A DNA stretch of 22,250 nucleotides. Source: Candidatus Woesearchaeota archaeon. Lineage in GTDB: Archaea > Nanobdellota > Nanobdellia > Pacearchaeales > GW2011-AR1. Under the pieces are notes generated by a model that saw only the letters and a list, made by a program, of their open reading frames with translations, was not told where the DNA came from and searched no databases. This document shows positions 1-7,175 of the stretch, one piece after another; positions within the stretch are counted from its first letter, which is position 1; every line of letters starts with the position of its first letter. Location: contig CAYUEW010000010.1 of the NCBI GenBank assembly GCA_964444095.1, positions 1 through 22,250 on the forward strand, given 5' to 3'. Position numbers and translations under genes: made by a program.

Positions 1-1
1 A

Positions 2-316
2 CCTGATGGAATTTTAACTAATTCTTCTTTGCAGTATGTTAGAGATTTTTTAATGGAGCACGCACAAATTGAGGCAGTTGTTAGTTTGCCACAGATTGCG
101 TTTAGTCATTTTGGAGCAGGTGTTAAGTCTTCTTTGGTTTTTATTAGAAAGAAAAAGAAAGATGAGAAGTTAGGAAATTATCCAATCTTTATGGCTATTG
201 CTGAGCATATTGGTTATGATGCAACAGGAAGGAAGGACCTGATAAATGATTTTGATAAAATTCTGGAAGAGTATGGAAAGTTTGAGAAAGATAAGAAAGG
301 TTATGGGGGTTGTTAA
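2..316 (+). CDS. hsdM: Type I restriction-modification DNA methyltransferase subunit (HsdM), C-terminal fragment; 5' end lies outside the window
   Basis: The frame is open from the left edge (nt 2: PDGILTNSSLQYVRDFLMEHAQIEAVVSLPQIAFSHFGAGVKSSLVFIRKKK...). This block resembles the conserved segment that follows the NPPF catalytic motif in N6-adenine HsdM-type methylases. The catalytic motifs themselves are not in the window. Stop TAA 314-316 is followed one nt later by the hsdS ATG. Confidence 0.75.
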   Translation, partial: PDGILTNSSLQYVRDFLMEHAQIEAVVSLPQIAFSHFGAGVKSSLVFIRKKKKDEKLGNYPIFMAIAEHIGYDATGRKDLINDFDKILEEYGKFEKDKKGYGGC

Positions 317-317
317 G

Positions 318-1622
318 ATGGAATGTTTTTGTGTAATGTCAAATGAAATTGAGGGGCGAATTGACCCTTTTTATTACAGGATGGAATTCCTGGAATTAGA
401 GAAAAAGGTAAAATTAAAGTCAAATAAAGTTTTGGGGGATTTTATTGTTGAGATTTCTGGAGGAGCGACGCCTAGTAGAAATAATGAAGAGGAATTATAT
501 TCTAATGAAAAAGAAGGAATTCCTTTTCTAAGAGTTCAGAATATTACTGAAGAGGGTTTAGTTCTTAACAATGTTAAGTTTATTACTAGAGAAGTTCATG
601 AAAAACAATTAAAGAGAAGCCAAGTAAAAGAAGATAATTTATTAATCACTATAACTGGGAGAATTGCTAGTTCTTGCGTGGTGCCAAAAGGTTTTGAAGG
701 GAATATAAACCAACACTCAGTTGTTATTAAAACGGAAAGTTTAGAGATTAGTAACTTATTAGCAAAATACCTTAATTCTTCAATTGGTCACAAACTTGCA
801 TTACGAAGAACTTCTGGGGGGTCTAGATTGGCTTTAGATTATATTTCTTTAAAATCTATCCCAGTTATTGAAGAAGCCAAAATAGTTGAATTAATGGATA
901 AAGCCTATCTTCAGAAAAAACAAAAAGATGCAGAAGCAAAGAAACTCTCGGATTCAATTGATGAATTTGTTCTTGAGCAGTTGGGGATAAAAATCCCTGA
1001 ATTAAAAAATAAAATGTGTTTTGTTGTTGATTATAATCAAATTCAATCTGGAAGAATAGACTCAGTTAATTTTGCAAATCCTCAAGATACCTTAAGCTCA
1101 ACTAAAATTAAAGAAAAAATTCTTGATGAAGTTGCAAGTTTAGTTAAGGGTCAAAGTATTACAAAAGAAAATATTACCTCTGGAAATTATCCTGTTGTTG
1201 CAGGGGGACAATCAAGCCCTTATTCAATTAATGCTTGTAATCATGAAGGTAACGTAATAACTGTTAGTGCTTCTGGAGCATATTCGGGTTATGTTTGGTA
1301 TCATTATAATCCCATTTTTGCATCTGATTGTACTGTAATAAAATCTTTAGATGAAAAAGAAGTTCCAACATTTTATTTATATTGTGTGATGAAAGCTAAA
1401 CAAAAATTTATTTACAATATGCAACAAGGAGCAGGACAACCCCATGTTTATTCGAGAGATTTATCAAATCTAAAAATTCCTTTACCTTCTCTTCCAATCC
1501 AAAATAAAATAGCTGAGGAAGTAAAACAACGAATGCACAAAGTAGAGCAGTTACAGAAAGAAGCAAAGGAAGAATTGAAAAAAGTAAAGAAAGAAATTGA
1601 AGAGATGATTTTGAGTCAATAA
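318..1622 (+). CDS. hsdS: Type I restriction-modification specificity subunit (HsdS), two target-recognition domains
   Basis: ATG 318 sits directly after the hsdM stop (ATG 338 is an alternative). The N-terminus ...EGRIDPFYY is typical of HsdS. Two variable halves are each followed by a K/E-rich helical spacer (KAYLQKKQKDAEAKKLSDSIDEFVLEQLGI, and IPLPSLPIQNKIAEEVKQRMHKVEQLQKEAKEELKK). This gives the TRD1-CR1-TRD2-CR2 layout. Confidence 0.85.
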   Translation: MECFCVMSNEIEGRIDPFYYRMEFLELEKKVKLKSNKVLGDFIVEISGGATPSRNNEEELYSNEKEGIPFLRVQNITEEGLVLNNVKFITREVHEKQLKRSQVKEDNLLITITGRIASSCVVPKGFEGNINQHSVVIKTESLEISNLLAKYLNSSIGHKLALRRTSGGSRLALDYISLKSIPVIEEAKIVELMDKAYLQKKQKDAEAKKLSDSIDEFVLEQLGIKIPELKNKMCFVVDYNQIQSGRIDSVNFANPQDTLSSTKIKEKILDEVASLVKGQSITKENITSGNYPVVAGGQSSPYSINACNHEGNVITVSASGAYSGYVWYHYNPIFASDCTVIKSLDEKEVPTFYLYCVMKAKQKFIYNMQQGAGQPHVYSRDLSNLKIPLPSLPIQNKIAEEVKQRMHKVEQLQKEAKEELKKVKKEIEEMILSQ

Positions 1623-1625
1623 AAA

Positions 1626-2765
1626 ATGGTTATTGTTTCTTATCAAATAATATTTACAGAAAATAAGGATATAAAAAAGGAATTAGTTGAATTACTAAAA
1701 AATGCTTTTACAGATAATTATGATGATTTTTCTGAAGAGGATCTTGATTCATTAATAGAAATCAAATATTTTAAACAAATTGATGAATACAAAATCTTGG
1801 TTGGTTTTGATATAACTTTCAATGAAATACGTATGAAAGTTGATTCTGTGATCTCTGATTTTAATGATTATTTGAATGAGCATGAAAATATCTCTTTAAT
1901 TGTTAAATTTTATGATGAAAACTTATTCTCAAATTTATCTCAAATATATAAAAGGATATTTAGTATTGAAATGCAGTTAAGAGAGGCGGTCACCCTTATT
2001 TTCTTAGATACATATAAGACCGATTACTATGATTTGTTAAAAGATTCTAATATAAATCCTTACTCTGGAAAAGACGGTTTGCCAAAAGATGAAAAACAAA
2101 AAAGAGATTTTTTGGAGAAAACATTAGAAAATGAGTTTTTTCATATTTCGTTTAATCAGTATATAAGTCTATCAAACATCAAAGAATTAAAACAAGAAGA
2201 TTTATTTCCAATAACAGAAGTATCAGAAAATTTTGCAGAATTTAAAGAAAAGATATTGAATAGGGGGATTACGAACAAATATTATAAAACTTTTTTAGAT
2301 GAAATAAAAATAATCATGGAAAATCTTGAAAAAATAAGAAATTGTGTTGCTCATAATAGAAATTTAAGAGAAGAGTTAGCAGTGTGTGAAAAATATTTTG
2401 AAGAAATTGAAGATAAATTAGATAATTTTTTTATCAATGTTTTTGAAGTAGATTATTTTGGACCTTTCACAGATATTTGGGAAAAAGGAGGAGGAGATGA
2501 AGTTGGTAATAATCTCAAGAGTTTTTATTTCAAAAAAGAAGTTTTAGATTTTTATGAAAAGGGAGATCAATCAGAGAAATTTATTGTTGAAAGAAGAATA
2601 ACAAGTTACCTTAGAGACCAAGGAGCGATATGGGGATTAAAATTTTCTGAAAATGAAGGAGTTCTTTCGGCTATACTTGTAGATCTAAAACAAATGCCAA
2701 GAATACATCAAGAATTGTGGGAGAAATATTTGATCCCCCTTCCCCACTCACACACACTTTTATAA
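1626..2765 (+). CDS. Hypothetical protein with a HEPN-type Rx4H (RNxxAH) motif; putative R-M-associated RNase or abortive-infection-like effector
   Basis: The 379-aa ORF starts 3 nt after the hsdS stop on the same strand. Motif R238-N-C-V-A-H243 (nt 2337-2354, context LEKIRNCVAHNRNL) is preceded by the helix-like IEMQLREAVTLIF. This is the pattern seen in HEPN families such as Abi_2 (AbiD/F), DUF4145 and Swt1-like. No P-loop is present. I recognise nothing in the N-terminal ~100 aa or the C-terminal ~110 aa. Confidence 0.55.
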   Translation: MVIVSYQIIFTENKDIKKELVELLKNAFTDNYDDFSEEDLDSLIEIKYFKQIDEYKILVGFDITFNEIRMKVDSVISDFNDYLNEHENISLIVKFYDENLFSNLSQIYKRIFSIEMQLREAVTLIFLDTYKTDYYDLLKDSNINPYSGKDGLPKDEKQKRDFLEKTLENEFFHISFNQYISLSNIKELKQEDLFPITEVSENFAEFKEKILNRGITNKYYKTFLDEIKIIMENLEKIRNCVAHNRNLREELAVCEKYFEEIEDKLDNFFINVFEVDYFGPFTDIWEKGGGDEVGNNLKSFYFKKEVLDFYEKGDQSEKFIVERRITSYLRDQGAIWGLKFSENEGVLSAILVDLKQMPRIHQELWEKYLIPLPHSHTLL

Positions 2766-2958
2766 ACCCACATCTTCATCAAATTATATAACAAATGGTT
2801 AGTAGGTCTTGAGCTTAAATGTCTCTTATGACTTACGCTCAAGAAGTAGCATATTTCTTGAATTTTGTTAATTGTCTTTATTGACTAGATAATGAATAGT
2901 TGACTGATTAAGTTGGCTTGCTGAATAGTTGAGTAATTGACTAAAAGAAAAATCGAAA

Positions 2959-4335
2959 ATGGAAAAATTCACAAAGTTAGGATTAAGCACAGAACTCACA
3001 GATGTATTGAGGCAATTTGGTTTCAAACAACCTTCTGAGATTCAGGAGAAAGCAATTCCTTTAGCAATGGCTGGGAATGATATTATTGGAGGTTCTGCGA
3101 CAGGAAGCGGAAAAACTTTAGCGTTCGCATCACCAATTATTGAAAACTTAAAACCAAATAGAAACATCCAAGCATTAATTTTAACTCCAACAAGAGAACT
3201 CGCAGAACAAGTTGCAACTGCAATTAGTGATTTTAGTAGAAACAAAAAATTAAATGTCTTAGCAGTTTATGGTGGTGTAAGCATTGAACCTCAAATGAGA
3301 AAACTTGCTATGGCAGATGTGCTCGTCGGAACGCCCGGAAGAATTTTAGACCATCTTCAAAGAAGAACATTAAATTTGAGTAATGTTAAATTCCTTGTTT
3401 TAGATGAAGTCGACAGAATGTTTGACATGGGTTTTTCTAGGGATGTTGAAAGAATCCTTCACGAATGCCCAGAAGACAGACAAACAATGATGTTCTCGGC
3501 AACAGTTTCAGGAGACATTGATTATCTATCTAAGAAATATACAAGAAACCCAATAGAAATTTCTGTAGAATCTTATGTTGATGCTTCTAAATTAGAACAA
3601 ATTTATTACGATGTGCCAGACAATAAAAAATTCTCATTACTAGTGCATTTATTGAAAAAAGAAGAAGCTGGTTTTGTTCTGGTTTTTTGTAGCACACGAA
3701 GAAACGTAGATTTTGTTGCAGATAATTTGATAAGATTAGGAATTAAAGCAAAAGCTATTCACGGCGGGCTTGACCAAAAAAAGCGATTAAGAGTTTTAGA
3801 TGAATTCAAGAAAAAAGGTGAAGGTGTTTTAGTTTGTACAGATGTTGCCGCAAGAGGTTTGGACATTAAAAGTGTAAGTCATGTTTACAATTACGACATT
3901 CCCAACGACCCTAAAGATTACATTCATAGAATCGGGCGAACAGCAAGAGCAGGAGAAGAAGGAAAAGCTGTAACAATTTTAGCCAGTAGAGATTACGAAA
4001 AATTCGGAGCATTGTCAAGATACGAAGAAATCAATATAACCCCTAATGACTTACCTCAACTTGAAATTGTTAGAATCAATATAGACTCTGGTAACAGAGA
4101 CAGCAGATTCAAGGGCAGTCCGAGAAGAAATGATTTTAACAGAGGACCTAGGCAAAATAATTTTAATCGTGGGCCAAGAAGTTCAGGAAGAAGTGATGGA
4201 AGAAGTCCGAGAAGTGATGATAGACCAAGAAGAAACGATTCAAGAGGACGAAGTTCATATAATCAAAGGCCAAATTCACGAAGACCTTCAGGGAGAAATA
4301 ATAATTTTAAAAGTCCGAGCAGACATAGAAGGTAA
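2959..4335 (+). CDS. DEAD-box ATP-dependent RNA helicase with an Arg-rich, low-complexity C-terminal tail
   Basis: Motifs read directly: Q motif (FKQPSEIQ), motif I (GSATGSGKT), Ia (PTRELA), Ib (TPGR), II as DEVD (VLDEVDRM), III (SAT), V (ARGLD), VI (HRIGRTARAG). The last ~85 aa are R/S/N/G-rich. Confidence 0.95.
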   Translation: MEKFTKLGLSTELTDVLRQFGFKQPSEIQEKAIPLAMAGNDIIGGSATGSGKTLAFASPIIENLKPNRNIQALILTPTRELAEQVATAISDFSRNKKLNVLAVYGGVSIEPQMRKLAMADVLVGTPGRILDHLQRRTLNLSNVKFLVLDEVDRMFDMGFSRDVERILHECPEDRQTMMFSATVSGDIDYLSKKYTRNPIEISVESYVDASKLEQIYYDVPDNKKFSLLVHLLKKEEAGFVLVFCSTRRNVDFVADNLIRLGIKAKAIHGGLDQKKRLRVLDEFKKKGEGVLVCTDVAARGLDIKSVSHVYNYDIPNDPKDYIHRIGRTARAGEEGKAVTILASRDYEKFGALSRYEEINITPNDLPQLEIVRINIDSGNRDSRFKGSPRRNDFNRGPRQNNFNRGPRSSGRSDGRSPRSDDRPRRNDSRGRSSYNQRPNSRRPSGRNNNFKSPSRHRR

Positions 4336-4812
4336 TTATTTTACTTTTTTCCAAACAAAATAAGAAAGGATTCCAAACACAATTGTTCCTGCAATAAATG
4401 CAGGTATTTTATTTTCTAGGTTTTTTACAATTCCTTCAATAATTAATGCTGTACCTGTGCCAATTCCAACAATCTGAAATGGTAGATAAGTGATGAATAA
4501 ACCACCTATTGATAAAATCAAACCTGCAATTACAAAAACATAAAATATTCTATTGTTATAAACATCTCTAGCTTCGTCATATTCATCCCCACATTCAGAA
4601 TAAAAATCACACCCCATATTTAACCATATTCCACCTTCATCAATACACTCTTGTTCAGTCCACTCTACTTTTTGAGAATAGCTATCTCTATCACAATAAT
4701 CATTATATTCTGGACTTGGGTAAAAAGCATACACCCCCAAGTTTATCAATCCAAAAAGAATTAATGCCAAAGCAATTCCCATTGTAATCTGCATCCCTTT
4801 TTTCTTTTTCAT
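4336..4812 (-). CDS. Hypothetical membrane protein with about 4 TM segments and a Cys- and acid-rich extracytoplasmic loop
   Basis: A hydrophobic N-terminal segment (MGIALALILFGLINLGVYAF) is followed by a ~60-aa loop with 4 Cys (YCDRD...QECIDEGG...MGCDFYSECGDEYDE). Three more hydrophobic segments follow. The gene converges on the helicase gene with adjacent stop codons. No family recognised. Confidence 0.6.
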   Translation of the reverse strand: MKKKKGMQITMGIALALILFGLINLGVYAFYPSPEYNDYCDRDSYSQKVEWTEQECIDEGGIWLNMGCDFYSECGDEYDEARDVYNNRIFYVFVIAGLILSIGGLFITYLPFQIVGIGTGTALIIEGIVKNLENKIPAFIAGTIVFGILSYFVWKKVK

Positions 4813-4831
4813 GTTGTTTAAAATATTTTAT

Positions 4832-5071
4832 TTATTCTTTAGGAACTTCTTCTTTTTTCTCTTCGACTTTCTTACCTTCAAATTCAGAATAATGACACTT
4901 ACCACAGTAAACTCTTCCTTGTGATTTCATTAAAAATACTCCTGGCCCACATCGCGGGCAAGTTCTTTCTCTTGTAATCTTATCTCCTTCAATTTTGTAT
5001 TTAGTATATTTCTTACTAGTTGGTTTGTTTTTGTGTGGTTTCTTTCCTTTTTTTATTATTTTTTTAGGCAT
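4832..5071 (-). CDS. rps27ae: 30S ribosomal protein S27ae (eS31)
   Basis: Lys-rich N-terminus plus the zinc ribbon CPRCGPGVFLMKSQGRVYCGKCHY. It sits in the conserved archaeal position after S24e. It has an extra K/E-rich C-terminal tail. Confidence 0.9.
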   Translation of the reverse strand: MPKKIIKKGKKPHKNKPTSKKYTKYKIEGDKITRERTCPRCGPGVFLMKSQGRVYCGKCHYSEFEGKKVEEKKEEVPKE

Positions 5072-5072
5072 T

Positions 5073-5342
5073 TTATTTTTTTCCTTTTACTTTCTTTTTT
5101 GGTTCTGCTTTTTCTTTTTCTTCACTTGAAGAATAAACATTTGCATTTACCATAAATATCTTCGCGCCGAATTGTCCATGTATTCCTTTAACTTCTACTG
5201 CTTCTGGTTGAGCTGAAAATTTCTGAGCAATTAAATTTTTTATTTCTTCTCTACTCGGAGTAATTGCAGCTTCTACACTTCCCTGAATTTCTTTTCGTGC
5301 AAATAACGGATTTTCTGTTTCTTTAATTATTTCTAGTTCCAT
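5073..5342 (-). CDS. rps24e: 30S ribosomal protein S24e (eS24)
   Basis: MELEIIKETENPLFARKEIQGSVEAAITPSREEIKNLIAQKF...GIHGQFGAKIFMVNANVY matches the S24e pattern (NPLL-RKE...TPSR...FG...Y). Synteny is spt4-S24e-S27ae. Confidence 0.9.
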   Translation of the reverse strand: MELEIIKETENPLFARKEIQGSVEAAITPSREEIKNLIAQKFSAQPEAVEVKGIHGQFGAKIFMVNANVYSSSEEKEKAEPKKKVKGKK

Positions 5343-5347
5343 AAGAA

Positions 5348-5536
5348 TTACCTTGTTTTAATTGCGAAATTTCCTTTACTTTTAATATCTAATTTTTGAG
5401 CTATTTCTGATTTTTCTGGATTTAAGATTACAATTCTTCCTTTGAAACTTTCTGTTGATTCCTTAGATTCACACTTAGGACATTTATCTCCTTCGTAAAT
5501 TGTGTTACAAATTTTACATGCTTTTTGTTTTACCAT
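5348..5536 (-). CDS. spt4: Transcription elongation factor Spt4 (RNAP subunit E'')
   Basis: 62 aa with the zinc ribbon CKIC...CPKC followed by FKGRIVILNPEKSEIAQKLDIKSKGNFAIK, as in archaeal Spt4. It lies immediately downstream of rpoE'. Confidence 0.85.
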   Translation of the reverse strand: MVKQKACKICNTIYEGDKCPKCESKESTESFKGRIVILNPEKSEIAQKLDIKSKGNFAIKTR

Positions 5537-6138
5537 TATTTTTTCTTTCCCGCCTTTGCTTCTTTATCTTGAATTTTTGCTACTTTCTCTGCATCTTTCT
5601 GTTTATTTAATCTATCTTCTTTAATCCATTCAATTTTACCTAAACCCGGTTGTCTCATAGTAAGTCCGATTTTTAATTCTCCGCCCTTGTGACTAATTGC
5701 GACGATTCTTGCAAGACATAAATCTCCTTGTTTTAAACTTCTTTTACTTGATTTACCTAATAATGAATTTGCTTTACTAAAACTAACATAATCTTCCATT
5801 GTTTGACTAATGTGGATCATTCCCCTCATGACACCCATGTCAATAAAAGCGCCAAAGTTCGCAATTTCTGAAATAACTCCATATACTAATTCATGTAATT
5901 CTGGTTTCCAAGCTAACAGTTTAAATCTTGATTTGTAATAAGTTGCTCCGTCGCCAGCAATGATTACTCCCTCGCCAACTTCTAAAACTTCAATCACAGA
6001 AACAACATGTCCTATTTCCTTATCGTAACTCCCAGTGTAGGTTTCATGGAGTTGCTGATTAACAGACTCTGTAGTAGGCAAACCAAATAATTTAGGTTCT
6101 ACTCGGATATGGTCTTCAATCTCAGTTAAATAAAACAT
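5536..6138 (-). CDS. rpoE: DNA-directed RNA polymerase subunit E' (Rpo7) with S1 domain
   Basis: The N-terminal Rpo7 fold signature (MFYLTEIEDHIRVEPKLFG...) is followed by an S1-like domain (GVISEIANFGAFIDMGVMRGMIHISQ...GDLCLARIV...LTMRQPGLGKIEW). It has a Lys-rich C-terminal extension and overlaps the spt4 start by 1 nt. Confidence 0.9.
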   Translation of the reverse strand: MFYLTEIEDHIRVEPKLFGLPTTESVNQQLHETYTGSYDKEIGHVVSVIEVLEVGEGVIIAGDGATYYKSRFKLLAWKPELHELVYGVISEIANFGAFIDMGVMRGMIHISQTMEDYVSFSKANSLLGKSSKRSLKQGDLCLARIVAISHKGGELKIGLTMRQPGLGKIEWIKEDRLNKQKDAEKVAKIQDKEAKAGKKK

Positions 6139-6186
6139 TTTAGATGCAATTTAGAGTAAAAATTGGTTTTTAAAAGTTGCTGTCGC

Positions 6187-6558
6187 TTAAATAACTTCTA
6201 ATTTCTTTTTCTGTCTAATTATTAATTTCTGATTGGGAAACTTCCCTTGCAATTCTTTATCCAATGTGGCAATGATAATGCTCTTGTCTTTTTTTGCTAA
6301 TTTTGCTATTCCATTATCTACGTTTTTATTTTCTAAACTAATTTTCTTAAATGGGCTTTTTTTTAACATATTCAACGCAATTTTGGCTTCTTCCCTAAAG
6401 CGAAGTTTTTTTTGTGATGTGCTAATTCTTTCTATCTCTTTGATAACCTGTTCTGGGATAATAATTGTTATTCCTAAGAGTTGAATCTCCTCAAAAAAAT
6501 CCACTTTATTTCTAATACAAGTCAAAATAAAATTTGTATCCAGTAATACTTTTTTCAT
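6187..6558 (-). CDS. PIN-domain protein, Fcf1/Utp24-like (COG1412-type), conserved neighbour of rpoE' in archaea
   Basis: Acidic PIN residues in typical contexts: VLLDTNFIL near the N-terminus, IIIPEQVIKEIERI, and IIATLDKELQ near the C-terminus. The position upstream of rpoE' matches the common archaeal arrangement. Confidence 0.75.
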   Translation of the reverse strand: MKKVLLDTNFILTCIRNKVDFFEEIQLLGITIIIPEQVIKEIERISTSQKKLRFREEAKIALNMLKKSPFKKISLENKNVDNGIAKLAKKDKSIIIATLDKELQGKFPNQKLIIRQKKKLEVI

Positions 6559-6614
6559 ATTTTAAAGATGTTTAAGAAACTTTTAAATATTGTCTTTGGT
6601 TTTGAAAATAAGAG

Positions 6615-7175
6615 ATGATAGAGAAAGAAAATATTCTTAACATTTTAAAAGAAACACAAATAGCGTTAAGAGCGGGGGATGTAGTTAAACTCAAAGAGAT
6701 GAGCAACCGCACGATTCACACTGCTTCGATTGAACAAGATTCTATCAGCCTTGTTTTGGCTGTTCTTATTTATTCTTTAAGTAAAATTCTTGAAAGAAAA
6801 GATTATCAAAAATATCCTGAGTGGAAAATAGTTTACAAATCAATTAGAGTTTCATTAGACAAAGCGATTTTGGCTGTCAACAAGGGTGATGAGAAGGCTT
6901 TGAGAGAAAATTTGAGTTTGACACGAAAATCTATTTTAAAGCTTTCTGGAAAATTAAAAATTTATATTCAAGATGTTTTTAGAAGAGCTAGTATAAATAA
7001 GGCTTCACGTCTCTATGAGCACGGGATTTCTTTAGAACGAACTGCTAGTTTGTTGGGTGTTACAATGTTTGAACTTTCTGAATATTCTGGGAGGACTGGA
7101 ATTTCTGATGTTCCCTTGGGAAAAACACTGGGCGTGAAGGAAAGACTTAATCTTGCAATGGAGATATTCAAATGA
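6615..7175 (+). CDS. Hypothetical protein with a C-terminal UPF0175 (COG2886)-like HTH; putative antitoxin-like partner of the downstream PIN-like gene
   Basis: The C-terminal segment ASRLYEHGISLERTASLLGVTMFELSEYSGRTGISD resembles the UPF0175 signature (LYexGkiSLgkAAelaGmsxxEFxelL), recalled from memory. The N-terminal ~125 aa is helical and unrecognised. The stop overlaps the next gene's start (ATGA at 7172-7175). Confidence 0.45.
   Translation: MIEKENILNILKETQIALRAGDVVKLKEMSNRTIHTASIEQDSISLVLAVLIYSLSKILERKDYQKYPEWKIVYKSIRVSLDKAILAVNKGDEKALRENLSLTRKSILKLSGKLKIYIQDVFRRASINKASRLYEHGISLERTASLLGVTMFELSEYSGRTGISDVPLGKTLGVKERLNLAMEIFK

Noticed and set aside
246-317. Upstream extension of the hsdS ORF (ORF-track start at 246)
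   Set aside because: It overlaps the hsdM C-terminus in another frame and adds non-HsdS-like sequence. ATG 318 directly after the hsdM stop gives a typical HsdS N-terminus.
2749-2760. 12-mer CACACACACTTT shared between the 3' end of the HEPN-motif ORF and the 3' end of rpoB (21376-21387)
   Set aside because: A single shared 12-mer in a 22-kb window is within chance expectation. There is no extended similarity on either side.
3042-3245. 67-aa antisense ORF inside the DEAD-box helicase gene
   Set aside because: It lies entirely within a confidently identified gene on the opposite strand. The sequence is low-complexity and hydrophobic, typical of antisense frames.
4130-4363. 77-aa alternative-frame ORF over the helicase tail
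   Set aside because: It is the same strand in a shifted frame across the repetitive Arg-rich tail. The E/V/I-rich product is an artefact of the purine-rich repeat.
6233-6484. 83-aa antisense ORF inside the Fcf1-like PIN gene
   Set aside because: It is antisense to a gene with clear PIN motifs and conserved synteny. The product has no motifs.
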